A stretch of DNA of 64,000 nt, taken from assembly GCA_050575255.1 (NCBI GenBank), contig JBNZDD010013686.1, forward strand, positions 2,851,286 through 2,915,285. Reading direction: 5' to 3'. The DNA is from Harriotta raleighana. Taxonomy: Eukaryota. The notes under the pieces were generated by a model. The model searched no databases and was not told the DNA's origin. It was given only the letters and a program-made list of their open reading frames with translations. This document shows positions 1 to 13,375 of the stretch, piece after piece; the stretch's first letter is position 1; every line of letters starts with the position of its first letter. The position numbers and the translations under genes were made by a program.

Positions 1-920
1 GAAGTCAGAGGCGATGGAGCAGGAGGGGGTGAAGTGCAGGTTGAAGTCGCCCAGGATGATGAGGCGATCAGAGCAGAGGCAAAGAGATGTTAGGAGGGTA
101 GAAATGTCAGAGATGAAGGTGGGAGAGGTTTTAGAGGGCAAGTAGAGGAGGAGGATATTGAGTGAGAGATGGGAGGGGTGGGAGAGGGTGAGGTGCTCAA
201 AAGAGGGGAAGGAGCCAGAGGAGTAGGGGGATAGGGCAAATGGTGTCCTTGAGATAAGGGCTACACCACCGCCACGGCGGTTGGGGCGAGGGATGTGGTG
301 GACAGTGTAGCCAGGTGGTGTGGCCTTCGTGAGGGGGAGGGTATCACCTGGGGTGAGCCAGATTTCCGTTAAGGCCATGATGTCAACGTTCTCATCGAGG
401 ATGAGATCGTTGATGACCAGGGCTTTATTGCAGAGAGAGTGGACATTTTGGAGTCCAATGTGGAGGGAGCAGTTGGCAGAGGGATGTGAGGGGAGGGAGG
501 AGGGACCGGATTGGGCAGCAGGGGTAGTGGGGATGGGGAGGAGAGGTTAGCCCCCCGGGTCTGTGACCGGTGTGGCTTGCGGTGGTGGTGTGGGATGGGG
601 CCATCGGTGTGGCTGCTGCTGGACAGCCAACGCCGAGTGCCACGGTGAGCCCTGCGAAGGATTTCCAGGCTGGAGCAGAGGGAGGCTGTAGGGGGGTCGA
701 GTGGGGATAGAAGGTGAGGAGGGCGGAGAGAGAGCAGGGCAGAGCGGGAGAGTTGCAGAGAGGGGCTGGAGAGGGGTAGGGAGGGGGGAAAGTGGGAGAG
801 AAGGATAGGACGGGAGTAGCGGATAGAGGGGTTTGGGAGGGCAGACATTTGGGATGGTGGGGGAGGCTCGGGTCGGGGCGGCAGCCAAAGTGCGCACGCA
901 GAGAGCCGAGAGCAAAGGAT
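1..920 (-). mobile_element. L2-clade LINE, 5' part including APE endonuclease
   Basis: Minus translation NVHSLCNKALVINDLILDENVDIMALTEIWL...PRPNRRGGGVALI...IILGDFN. Confidence 0.85.
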
Positions 921-1509
921 CAGTGGGACGGCATCATCCCAGAGGATACTACAGAGGATATCCCAGTGTAAACCTCATCACTTACCAATGTGAAGCAGTG
1001 GTATGTTATACAGATTTGTCCACCCAGGACCACTAGTTATTTATTTAACTTCATAGTCCTGTGAATACATCCCCACCTCAAAGTTTAATTGATGAGCTAG
1101 GCAGGCTGTCAACTACAGTACCAACATTACTTTGGATCACTGTGCATTAGCCTGACATTGCCAAGTGTGTCTCCGCCAATCCCATAATCCAGTGGGATCA
1201 GAGGAGTTACCCTGCTTGTCTGTCTCCAGTCCTCCAAAGAGGACCATTTGATTTTACTAATATTAGGACCAATAAAATACTATCCTTTTTTTAACCTTTA
1301 AGGATTCAGTGGTAAGCAAACCCAGAAATTCTCTTCCCCAAACTCCCAGCTCGATGTCAAACTCTGCTATTTTTCAACACTCCAAGCCATTAACCCAATA
1401 AGGAGCATTGTACAGTATAAAGTTATTGTTGCTCAAACAATTAGGGACATAAAAACACAGGTACTGTATATACAGAACAGGAAATGACCATTGAAGTCCA
1501 TCCACATTG

Positions 1510-1880
1510 CATAGCCTTGTATCTTAGTGGTTAGAGCACTCGCCTGATAAGCAACAGGACCTGAGTTTGATTCTGGGACAGTGCAAAACATTATGCAAGT
1601 TTCATTACTCCACATGCCTCTGTTTAGCTAGTGCTGTAATAATTAGGAAGCTGGTTGTGAGTTGGCAGATTGCTTTACAGAAGGTAATAATCCCTTCAAA
1701 AACAAATGTGGTCATTCAATCCACGACTGTTTGTGGGACACTGCTGTGCACAATCGACTACCCCGTTTCGCCCACAAAATGTGCAGTCAATGCACTTTAT
1801 AGTATATTCTGTGAAGTGCTTTGAGATGTCTGGAAGATCTGAAAAGCACGATATATCAAATGCAAGGATTATTATTACCT
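1510..1880 (+). mobile_element. tRNA-derived Deu-type SINE with (ATT)n tail
   Basis: A-box-like tagtggttagagc, Deu-like core tgtttgtgggacactgctgtg, tail caaatgcaaggattattatt. Confidence 0.8.
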
Positions 1881-2570
1881 TTATTATTTGTGAAATGATA
1901 CTGAAATTATTTCTTGACTTTAGGATATTCCCTAACTAACCGGAAGATGCACTCTGCATAGCAAATGCGAATATAGTTGAATTGGGATCCCAATAATACT
2001 ACAGCTTGAACTCGTCTTGTGCGTAGCGCAGGGTAGTGTTTCAGAATGCTTGACAATGGCAGAGCCTGACTCGGAGCTGGGTGGGAGGAAGGAAGAGGTA
2101 ACCATGACCACAATCGATAAGGAAGATTATCAGGTGGGAGTACTTTTACTCAGGTAGGTTCTCACCCATTTCAGCCACTCATTAGTGCCAGTGTCGCATT
2201 TGGAAACATGATCTTGTCAGGATGTTTTGACTGAGATTATGGTAGTTATAGTAAACAGATTTGTAAACTGTAGACTTGTGTTTCCATCGTCCATGAGGTC
2301 ATGAAATCATCTTGTTGCACAGTTAACAACACATGATCTAGTGATGTTCCTGCAGCCCTTTATTTCTGTTCACTAAGGCATGGTGTTGCATTTAACACTT
2401 TAGCAAATGACCAAAGGTGTCACATTTTGTGCTACATTTGCCACTCCATTCAATGATTGTGAAGTTGTTGATACCCTGAGAGATTATTAAGAATGTGTTG
2501 TTAATAGATTCATCACTTGGTTCATTTCTTTGCAGAAACAGATCATTGGTTAATTCTGGCATATTAAGAT

Positions 2571-3258
2571 ATCTCCGCAACATCGCCAGACTCCGCCACT
2601 ACCTCACCCCCCACACCGCCGAAACCCTAATTCACGCCTTCGTCACTTCCAGGCTTGACTATGGGAACTCTCTCCTCGTCGGCCTTCCCATCTCCTCCCT
2701 TCACAGGCTGCAGATCATTCAGAATTCTGCAGCCCGTGTACCCTCCTGCACTAGACTCCGCGACCACATCACTCCCACCCTTGCCTGCCTCCACTGGCTC
2801 CCCATACCCCAGAGGATCAACTTCAAGATCCTTGTCCTCACCTTCAAGACCATTCACAGCCTTGCCCCCACCTATCTCTCTGACCTGTTGTCTCCCTATC
2901 AGCCTACCCGCACTCTTTGTTCAACAGACTCAAGCCTGCTCCGCGTCCACTGACCTAACGACCCGACCATCGGTGGCTGGGCTTTCAGCCTCTCGGCCCC
3001 CACACTTTGGAATTCCATCCCGCAGTCCCTTCACCTTGCTTCCTCCCTTTCATCCTTGAAGGCCGGTTTCAAGACCTTCCTCTTCGACCACGCCTTCGGT
3101 TCCCCCCCACCCTAACTCTTCACACTCTCTTTCCCCCATCCCCTACCCCCCAATCTCCCGTATGCTCGGGTCCCGACCAGACTGTTCAGCGCTTTGGGAC
3201 GTCCTCCCGATGTGAAAGTTGCTATGCAAGTGTAATTTTGTTGTTGTTGTTGTTGTTG
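2571..3258 (+). mobile_element. L2 LINE 3' fragment
   Basis: [35 protein letters not shown]...LHWLPI; (TTG)n tail; possible AGAT TSD. Confidence 0.9.
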
Positions 3259-3451
3259 AGATTACTCATAATATCATTATTTCCTCACTAAGCTGCCTTG
3301 CTGCTGTTTTCATCACATTATTTCAAACAACTACAAATAAAATATTTTAGAGTACAATTTTCGCTTACTTCCTTTTCTTAAATTCTGTGTTCTTTGCATT
3401 ATGAGTATTACTTCCTCGCATTGTAGAAATTCTGATTCAAAGTTGTCAAAC

Positions 3452-3690
3452 TGGCTCAGCTGATATCACTCTCGCCTCTCAATTGGAAGGTTGTGGCTTT
3501 AAGTCCATATTTCAACTCACAGTCGAGGGGGACACTCCAGTATAGTGATGGAGGGTACAGCATTGCTGGAGGTGCTTACGTTCAGATGAGATGTCAAGCC
3601 AAATTGCAGTCTGCCTGTTCAGATGATGAATGCTAAAGATCCCATGGCATTATTCAAAAAGAGCACGGAGTTTCTCTCAGTACCCTGACC
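3452..3690 (+). mobile_element. Older SacSINE1/AmnSINE-like Deu-SINE
   Basis: ctcgcctct...gaaggttgtgg...ttcagatgagatg...taaagatcccatggca. Confidence 0.7.
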
Positions 3691-4627
3691 ATTTATGTTG
3701 TGTTGGATATTGGTTTATGAAATAAATATTACACAAATTGGTTTATATTTATGTCCCATTTGGTGTAAAATTAAGGTTTGATCCGAATTATACTTGAGCT
3801 ATTGCAGGCAAGAGGTTCAGTTAAAGTAAAGAAGAAATTTGGAGCAAGACTGGGAGTAGGGAGCTAATAAGATTCATTAGCAAATTATTCTCATGCTTTC
3901 ACACAGATCGTTCTTGCACTTCCTGAGTGATCTACTTTTTTCTGTGTTGCTGTTTAAATCCTTACACAATTGGATCTGTTCTTGACAGTTGACTGCAGGC
4001 CCTGTGAACACTTTGCACTGCTAAGCAGATAAACTCCTATTGTCTCATTTATCAGACAATCTTACAAACGTATGTAAAGGTGAAGTTGATTCCTTGATGT
4101 TCTGTAGGTTGATTGTTTGTTCCTCCGAGGTCTATTCTCTGGCATTTAAGTTATCGTCATTAGAACAGAGTAAAGGAATGTTCAGTCTATGTCAGGCTTG
4201 TATAGAAATAGAGAGCAGATTGTTCACTGGACTTGGTTTGCAAGGAACTTTAACAATGCTACTGACGTGTGCGGTCAATTCGCTGTTGAGCATTACAGGT
4301 AATTTCAGGGGTTGTCTTGAATTCCGCCATCTTCTTTCTTCATCGTTTGCACTGGCACAGCTTACCTCCTCTTCCACGCTCATACCCAATGAAATTTCCT
4401 TGATCTTGATCAGTCATTTTCTCTCAGCTAAACATCATAACTGTTTTCTTGACATATTACCTGTTGTCGCACATAAAGAAAATACTGACAGCTAAATTCA
4501 CTTGGGAAAACATACAAACTGCTTCCAGGAGAAGTTTGGGGGGAAGCATTACTGTAAGCATCTTTCCTTTTTATATTTGAGGAATAACAAAGTCATGCAT
4601 ATCTGTAATCATCTGGCTTCCACTTAC

Positions 4628-4748
4628 CTTGAGACGTCTCAAAGACATGATAAAGCACAATACCAAAAGCAAGGATTATTATTATTATTTTGTCCACTTC
4701 ATGCTCAATTGCCAATTCTCATTCAGATTGAATTTTGGTTTGGTACAG
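4628..4748 (-). pseudogene. 60-nt pseudo-exon interrupted by a SINE 3' tail (~4632-4689)
   Basis: After removing the SINE: cag| LYQTKIQSE*ELAIEHEVDK |gtaagt, phase 0-0. Confidence 0.55.
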
Positions 4749-5599
4749 CTGCACAAATAATGGGTTAAAATCTGTGGCATTTTATCATGGATTTTAATAT
4801 GATAATTAGAATCAAACATGTTTGGATATGCCAACAATTATAACCCAATATACATTTTTAAACGTGCTCTCATTTCTATCTTTGCTTCCTACTGTATTTT
4901 ATTTTGTAGTTGCACTTTTTACATAGGGGAATACAGTACATAGGAAAGCTGGCAAAAATCTTGAAGTAAAGGTTGAACAGAACTCAGACAGTCAATGATG
5001 CAAGCGTGCTTCCTCCTAGTTACACTTTCAAACGAAAAGGCACAATGGCATTCCCCTTGGGCCAGAAAGATCTATATGTATTTCCTGACTCCAAATGCTT
5101 TGACAGTGACGGGGGAAAAAAAATAGGGGTAGGTGACCTTTAGCTTGTCTAACATTAAACGAAGGGTGGAGCTGTTCTGCTGTTCTTTAAAACAACAAAG
5201 CCATGTTCAATTTACTAATAAAAGTTGTAAAAATTAACAACTGAGATTGTTGTGACATTCTAAGAGACAGTTACCACTCTGATTTTATTCAGAAAGACAG
5301 CCATGGGGAACAATGAATTAGAAGTAATTACACAGTGATTCATGAAATGATTTAACCAAATATTGTTCTTTTTGTCTTCTCCTAATGACATTTACTTTTA
5401 GAAAAACTAAAACTAGTAAAGTTTTTCCTTAAAAGCACTAAGTAGAAAATCTGACTCTAATAAGAGTATTTTTAAACTCAGCTATCCTCCTCTATGTGTG
5501 TTCAGCCACAATGCCTTTAATCTTTTACTTATACAGTTTTTCTAACCGACAAGCAGAACTCAGATGTTATACTACTGTATGTAGTGATCAGGTGCCCAG

Positions 5600-5718
5600 C
5601 CATGGACACCCTACCCCCAATCCCCCCATGCTCGGGTCCTGATCTGACTGTTCAGCGCTTTGGGACGTCCTCCCGACGTGAAAGGCGCTATACAAGTGTA
5701 ATTTTGTTGTTGTTGTTG
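5600..5718 (+). mobile_element. L2 3' tail fragment
   Basis: gcgctttgggacgtcctcccgacgtgaaaggcgctatacaagtgtaatt(ttg)n. Confidence 0.85.
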
Positions 5719-8032
5719 AATCTCAGAGGTTCCCAGGTTCAATGACCAAGTCAAGCTGATTTCAATTGGGAAGGGTTAAAACGAGTGAGGGGAGTGCCCA
5801 TGGGCTGGAAAAGGAAATAATCATCCAAGGTCCTTGTGTTCATAAAAACAAAGCACAGCACAGTATAAAAGATATTGCATGGTAATTGTGAACGCAAATA
5901 ATCAAACCTCATCACTGCATATGTCAACCGCTAGTAAAATTTGGCAGTTGGTTAGCTTCCCTACCTTGCTCGCCTTGAGATGTCCCCCTGATATAAAAGC
6001 CACTGTACCAATGTAATTGTGTATTGTATTATATATTCTAATTCCCCAAGTTGGCAGGTGCACATACCACTTGGAAAATTATTTGACCTGACAAACAGCA
6101 ATTAAAAAGACTGCAATATTGCATGGTAACAGCAGCATGTTAGCTATAGGAAAATGTAGGCCGAATTCCTGACTACGATGACATCTATGTGAGAAACATC
6201 ATGAACTCAAACGAGCACTTTTACGAAACGTCTCAATAAAAGCATGAAATGTTGGTGATTTTGTGTTCACTTCGGTAAACTACAAGAGTAGATCTCTGTA
6301 CGAGTTCCTCCAAGTGTCCTGGCCAACAACACCCCAAACAAATTTAGTTATTCACATCATAGCTGTTTGTGGGAGATTGCTGCATGAAATTTGGCTGCGG
6401 CATTTGCCTTCAAGTTACTCAATCACTGCCCTTTAAAACAAATCCTGTGATTCACTTTGAGACATCCTCATGATGTGAAAAGCACCATATCAAAAGCAAG
6501 TTTTTAAAAAATTTTTTTTACTTTTAATCAAGAATCCTCTTTGTGATTCTCAGACAACATACAGCTCTTTGCAATTTTTTTGATTATCTCACAGTTGATT
6601 CACATTAAGTGAATACTAAGCCTGTAAATATTTAGAAACTTCAAATCCAGTTTGTTTTTCATGGACACACATTATCACCATTCCTGAAAAACATTTTTTT
6701 CAGTATTTTATGCGGTTCAATGAGCAATTAATTGCTTAGATTAAATATGTTTTGGTTTTACACCTTAAACTATTGTACAACATTGTATTTCAGCAAGATA
6801 ATTACAGGAAATCACTACACTTTCATACAAACTTCTGTTCCAATTAAAAATATGCAGCAGAAAACTCGTACTAATAACAAGCTGCAAATTCCTGATAAGT
6901 AAGACCAGTTACACACTTAAAAGCTATTGACTGAATAAGTCTTTGTCTGTGCATCACTTCAGACGCTTCCAAATGTTTCAGTAATTTTAACTTGAAGTCC
7001 ACATTTCAGCTAAAGAAATAACATGTCATTACAAGCCATTTGTCAAAAACGTAACTAATAATTAAATGGAAGTCCCAACAAGCATGAAATGTTGGTCACT
7101 TCGTGTCTGAGTCGGTGTATGATATTACAAGTATAGACATTTATGAGATTAAAATTCACCATCAACAAAGACATGAAACTTCTCGAGTATCTCAGAGAAA
7201 ATCCACATGAGAAGCAGAGCATATTTAAGCCATAAATTGGATACGCCGAACTGATGAAGAAACAGAAGGGCATGTAATAAGACCATGTTTTCTGTTGAAT
7301 AATTAACATTTTTAATTATATGTGCAACTTGGGAAAGTTAAATGTTCAATGTTGAAACTTATGTAAGGATGTGTGCTGTTTTCTCTCATTTCCATTAGAA
7401 CATAGTGTTTGTGCATTTGGCTGCGGTGGGTGGGGTGGATGGTGGAAGAGCAGCATTAGAAGAACCTTTTCACTGGGTGGGCTGATGATTATTCACCTCC
7501 CAATGATCACTTATGGAGGGTTAGAGACCTGAAGCAGATAGAATAAGTATCTTCTATTCAACCACTAAACGGTGTGGTGGGAGGGAATCTAAGGAGTGAT
7601 GGGCAAAAAATGGAGTACAGTATATGTAATGTGCATTTTATTTATTATGATTATTATTATTCTTAAATGATAAACTTGCACCTATTGTTGAACATAAAAT
7701 CATATAACACAATGAGGTACTTGCTCAATGTGGTTAAGGTATTATGGATAGCATTGAATATGCAGCGACTTGGGATGTACACCCAACATGAAAGACGCTA
7801 TACAAATGTAATTATGTTGTTGTTGTTGTTTTGGGGATAAGGTTTGTACTCAGCAATCTGAGGAATGCCAGGTCTTGGAACGTAATACTTTTCCTCCGTG
7901 GAGTCTCAACAACAACATCCACAAAATTATATTTGTATAGCGCCTTTCACATTGAGAGGATGTTCCTTGGCGTTGGACAGTCAGTATCAACAACAGGCAC
8001 ATTAAAGTCAGATATGGCATGGAAGCTAAATA

Positions 8033-8600
8033 TAAACAACAACAAAATTACATTTGCAATACGCCTGTCACGTCGGGAGGACGTCCCAAGGCGCTGAACA
8101 GTCAGCACCTGTGGCAATGCTGGGCGGAGGGAGAGGACAGATTGATAGGGGGTCACCAGGTCAGAGGGTTAACGCCGTGGGGCAGGGCCTTGAAAGTGAA
8201 GACAAGGATCTTGAATTCGATCCTCTGAGGAAAGAGGAGCCAGTGGAGCTGGGCGAGTATAGGGTTGATGGGGTCTGGTGCGGGAGAGGACACGAGCTGC
8301 AGAGTTTTGGATGATTTGCAGCTTGAAGAGGGAAGAGTTGGGGAGGTCGACAAGGAGGGAGTTCCGGTAGATGAGCCTTGAGGTGACAAATGCAAGTGTG
8401 AGGATTTCATTGCCCTGAGGGTTGAGGCAGTGACGGAGATGGGCGATGTTACAAAGATGGTGGAAGGTAATGCTGGTCAAGGCATGGTGCCACTGACGCA
8501 ACCCAATCAGGAAGGCCACGGTTTTGCTGACGTTCAGCTGTAGAAAGTTGTCTCTTATCCAGGATGATGTCTGAGAGGCAGTCAGTCAGGACACGAGTAT
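8033..8600 (-). mobile_element. L2 3' fragment (extra tail fragments at ~7770-7975)
   Basis: AFVTSRLIYRNSLL / LHWLLFPQRIEFKIL; (CAA)n tail. Confidence 0.85.
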
Positions 8601-9047
8601 TCCTGAGTGTTACTCGCATATACATGGAAATTTACCCCATGTCTGTGGATGATGCCACCAAGCATATAGAGGTTGATAAATTCAAGTTCCCATTTCCCTT
8701 CCCACCATATCCCTTAACTCCACACCTTCAGGAATGTGAATATTATTTAAGTTTACCTACAACCAACCTTATTGCTCCAACAGTATTTTTCGACACACAA
8801 GGAATGTCAAAGGTAAATTTGAGATATTGATGTAGGGATGTAGTTGCAGTGAGTGGGTGTTAGTGAGTCAGGCACAGACAAATTCCAGACCACTTCAATA
8901 CATGAAGCCTGGACTTGTCTTCACATCAATCAAATTATTTTACTGCACATTGCTTTGGATTTAGTTTTTTTTCCTGAAGGCTTTAATAAACCCTATTTAT
9001 ATGAGGCACGTTGGATTTAATCACAGTGATTTTTGGTTGCAACTTAC

Positions 9048-9199
9048 CATTGCATAAACTCTTTGACTTGTCAAATGAAAAAAAATGTTTTCTCCTTCTA
9101 AATTTCTCCCTTCATCTCCTGAAGTTGTTGACTCATATTGGGTGTGGTTCCATAGCCGTCAAACAGACATCGCCCAATTGGCTATCCTTCATGTGTGAG
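9048..9199 (-). pseudogene. Pseudo-exon
   Basis: ttttattatcag| SHMKDSQLGDVCLTAMEPHPI*VNNFRR*REKFRRRKHFFSFDKSKSLCN |gtaagt. Confidence 0.5.
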
Positions 9200-9871
9200 C
9201 TGATAATAAAAATAATAATAATCAGCCTTGCATTTGATCTCGTGCCTTATCACTTTATTGGGACATCTCAGAGTTTCAAAGGATATATTGTTAAGTAGAT
9301 TGTCTGTTGTATTTTTATTTTGTGGGTGAACCAAGATAGTAAGTGTGGACAGCCTAATTAGTGGCATCAGAGCTGCCTCAATGCTGTCTTCGCTCAACAA
9401 TAACGCAGATTTATATAACGCCCTCCAAGCCGGATGGCATTTCAGAGTGCCAATGTTCACAGTACCACAACATCTACAGTCAATCCACTTTACAGTATAT
9501 TCTGTGAAGGGCTTTGAGACATCTCAATGACGTGAAAAGGCACTATATCAAATGCAAGGTATATTATTATTATTATTTCTGGGAAAGGCAGTCAGCAGCA
9601 TCAACTCTGTCTGTTTCTTCCTTCCTCAGCCAAGGTTGCTGAGGTCACTATATATATGTGCTCATCTGCCAAATCAACGCAGATTGAATCTACGGTACAA
9701 TGAACCTGTATGGCTCAGTTTTAAACAGCAGTGGCTTTCTCAACTGAAGTCTCAGCAAGTTTTAAAAAGTTTTCCTCCACATTTCTTTGGTTGGTGCTAA
9801 CACATTACAAAATGGTAAATAGGTGCCAAACCAGCTACGGGAAGGCAGAATTAGTCTCCGGAGGTACTTAC

Positions 9872-10664
9872 ACAGATTAGATAGGTCCCGTGTTTTATTT
9901 GATCTTTGATGAGTTAGCAGATAGAATCCGGGGAAGTGGTGGGAGCTGTACAATAGTTTATCTCCTCCTGAGTTTGAGGGTCCGGAGAAATCAGGCAGAT
10001 TTCCTGTTCTGTGAATCCTGTTGGAAAGTTTATGTGTTTGAACATCAGATAAAAGCAGGTTCAGTAGGATACCCATTGTCTCCAGGTAGTCTAGGCTCAC
10101 ACAGGAGAATTAGCTGCTTGAGGTGGGGGGAAGGTACTAGAGGAATTTCAGCACCTGTGGCAATCAAACCCAGCACGAGCCACTGCATTCAGGGGCGGAG
10201 GGAAAAAAAACTGAGCGGAGGTAAAGGATACCTTTCAGGGCCTGGAGGAAAATAATATATCTGTATGCAATCTGTGGCAAACTCAACATCCGTTTACATA
10301 TTAAACAGAGTAACAGATCCCGTTATGCTTGAGAAGAGCTATCTGTAAGGTGCTGCTGTACACAGTGCATTTCTTCTTTTTCTACAGCCATTGTATATTA
10401 ACTGCAGATGTGTTCTGGTATTGCCAAATAATATTAAAAACAAATCAGAAAAGATCAATGAGTTTTGATTTCCTCGAGTAAGATGGTAGCTGCACTATTT
10501 GTTCCTTTGTGTGTCTTGCGTTTGTCTGCTACAGTTGATTTACAGACAAGTTTGACACCTGTTTGCCACAATCGTAAATCTTTCACAGACTTTAAATCAA
10601 TCAGGATGCACGCAGGGTGTGACGACCACATTCCCATTGTTGCAGATAATGTCCCTGCACTGAT
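9872..10664 (-). pseudogene. Large pseudo-exon (acceptor uncertain: 10664 or ~10699)
   Basis: Protein-like minus frames (SLDYLETMGILLNLLLSDVQTHKLSNRIHRTGNLPDFSGP...) ending at a GTAAGT donor. Confidence 0.45.
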
Positions 10665-10943
10665 CTACATGTCACCAAGTTTGAGTAGTCTCAATGTAAC
10701 TCAGGAGAGGACAGAGCAGGAAATGGTAAAGGCAAAGTAGAATGACCAATTACACAATCATTTGTTTAACAACCCAGAATGACCCAACGACACTACTACT
10801 TTAGGAAGCACTCAAGTCCCCATAACACAAACGATCAGCTGCTTATTTTGTTACAGTTAAAAAAAACTTTTAATCAGTTGGTGAATAATGGTTTGGATTC
10901 ATTCCTGAACAGTCAAAATCCCAGCTTTATTTTGAAGATTTTA

Positions 10944-11290
10944 TAATAACCCTTTCATTTGATATAGCACCTTATCACGTCTTCGAGATCTCTCAAAGCT
11001 CTTCACAAGATATATCCTAAAGTGAATTGCGTATATATTTTGTGGGCTAATTGCAGCCAATTAAATACAGCAGTGTCCCACAAACAGTTGTTGATTAAGT
11101 GACCAAATTTTTAATTTAAAAAAATTATTTATAAAGGGATTATCATCCCTGGAAAAGTGATCCACCAATCAACTAACAACCAGGTTCCTACTTACTGCTA
11201 AGTAAACAGAGGTATGTGGTGTAAGAAAACTTGCCCAGTGTTTTGATTGTGAGGTGAGTGCTCTAACCACTCAGCTATAGGACTCCCCAT
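10944..11290 (-). mobile_element. Same SINE family
   Basis: Head gctctaaccactcagcta and tail in reverse orientation. Confidence 0.8.
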
Positions 11291-11544
11291 GGAAATAAAA
11301 TTTCTTAACAAATTAACTTGGTTTTAGATCAAACGCTTCCTTCAGGAATATGCTATTTTTAGTTACTACTAAGTGACTTTTCATGCAAATGCAGGATTAA
11401 ACTGCTCAAAAACTTTTAAATTTTAATTACATTTGGATCAAGCTAGAATGGAAAGGAGAAGAAACTTCAATAGTGAGAAACCTATATTTAAATCCTCTTA
11501 ATTTGAAATATCAGCCCTTCTCAGAATCAAATCAATTAGTTTAC

Positions 11545-12507
11545 CTGTAAGACCTTCACAATGATGAGTTCTTTAAGCAGCGCAAACATGGACATTGATT
11601 AAACAAATCAATATCATTCAATTTAGGGCAATAAACTGTAGTGTCTGTTTGTATTAAGCCTCTGGAAGGCAGGGGGAAATGCAGTGTGCTTCTCGTATTG
11701 ACAATTTACAATACAATAACTTGTAGGTTGCATTACAAGCATCTTGCCCCCAGTATTGGGCAGGTGTGAAAGCTTATATCAGGATATCAAAACTCAATCA
11801 ATTTCACCCTGGTCTGCGCAGTGCTACCTATTTTCAAATAACCAAAGAGAAGCAGAAAGTTTAAATAGACATGGTTTTACCCCCGAAGGCAACTACCCCT
11901 CACCTATTCCACCATACATTCGAGTAGAGTTCACTGACATACTCTCTTGTATCCCAGGCAGTCATACTGAATAATCCATTAGCAGATACCGCTCACACTT
12001 GTTGTTGCTAAGTGTTTTGGAAAAACTGGGATGGGGGTCATTGCTTTAGTGAAGGCTGGTTGGGGGTCATTGCTTTAGTGAGGGATGGAGTGTTTTAATG
12101 TAAAAGGTGTAGAAGACATTTTTGCCAGTGCTAGGAGTTACAAGTAAAATGGTTCAGATTAAGCTGAGGCAGCTTTCAAAGTCTAGTGCATGGAAGGATT
12201 TGCTGCAATCAGAATGTTATTGTACTTGCCAAGCAATGCATGAAAGGGGGTGTCAAAACTGGGCGGAGCAGGCTTTGTGAATGCAAGGAGTGGAGGAGGG
12301 GGGCTTTACTGTGGTGGAACAGGATTTCTGAAGACACAAATTGAGATGCTCATCCTTCGTGCCTCAGGGCTTGAAGATCACAGAGGCAGAAAGCCCATCA
12401 AAGAGCTCTTCCTGTGCTGGCCAAATCCACAGCGGAAAGCGAGATCCTGGATGCACTCCATGGTGCTACAGCAGGGGTTCGGAGCCTATTCTTCTCTGGA
12501 GCGGCCC
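11545..12507 (-). pseudogene. Large pseudo-exon (may be two exons)
   Basis: ttccttctgatttaaag| GRSREE*APNPCCSTMECIQDLAFRCGFGQHRKSSLMGF...PPPPLLAFTKPAPPSF... |gtaaac; internal 29-bp-period tandem duplication at 12032-12081. Confidence 0.5.
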
Positions 12508-13029
12508 CTTTAAATCAGAAGGAAGCAATATCAAAATGTTAATATCCAATTTGTGTGCTATTTTTCACTGTTTCGACTTAAATTACTCTACTGATAAGAA
12601 GGGTGGTAAGAATTCTGAATATACGGTGGTTTATTTTGAATGTTTCATGGGTCAGGCCATTTGAAAATAAACTAAAATGAGAAAAATTGAGTGCTGTCCA
12701 AAACAAGTATAAACAGAATGCTATCTGAGAGTGGGTCACACAGTTATAAAGACATAATCTGTTTGCTAATCATTGTGTTAAACTGCATTTTGTTGAGCTA
12801 TTAAAGGTGCACTTTTATTGTGTATACAATACTTAATTCCGTGTAGAGCTGGGTTTATCATCGGTGATAACCTTGCAATCAGTGTGGACAAACGTGTGGT
12901 AACATTATCTCACCCATACAATTTCAGAACCATTTGTTGCAGGTACATCTTTATACAGGTATTAGTACAATATTTGCATTTGACAAAGCGTCTCATCATG
13001 TTGAAATTTCCCTAATGCTTCACAATGTT

Positions 13030-13375
13030 TCCCTGTACAGTTTAGTAACCGGCAGTGTGTGTTGGTAGGTAAATATGGCAGACAATTTGCACATGGAAGT
13101 GTCCTACAAACATGAAATGAATGACCACTTTTTATCCGGTTGATATCCCTTCTCCTTTTCAATAATGCCAGAGGATCTTAATGTCCACGGAAACTGGCCT
13201 CAGTTTAATATCTCATCTGAAAGATAGCATCTCCGACAGTACAATGATCCTTCAGAATTGCAGTGGCTTGGCTCACAATCAGCCTTGACTGGGAGCTCAA
13301 TGTTCAAATCTGTGTCTTGAACATACAACCTTCTGTCTTAAAGGGGGAGCATAGCCAATTGAATCAGGCTGACAC
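13030..13375 (-). mobile_element. Older Deu-SINE copy
   Basis: Reverse complement of the same core. Confidence 0.65.

Larger units (their letters stand above)
986..4460 (-). pseudogene. Very large E/N/S/K-rich pseudo-exon carrying three TE insertions
   Basis: Acceptor ttttctttatgtgcgacaacag, donor G|GTAAGT at 985. Removing the L2 at 2571-3258 rejoins GNNDIMSN-LNMPELTNDLFLQRNEPSDES in frame. Confidence 0.5.
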
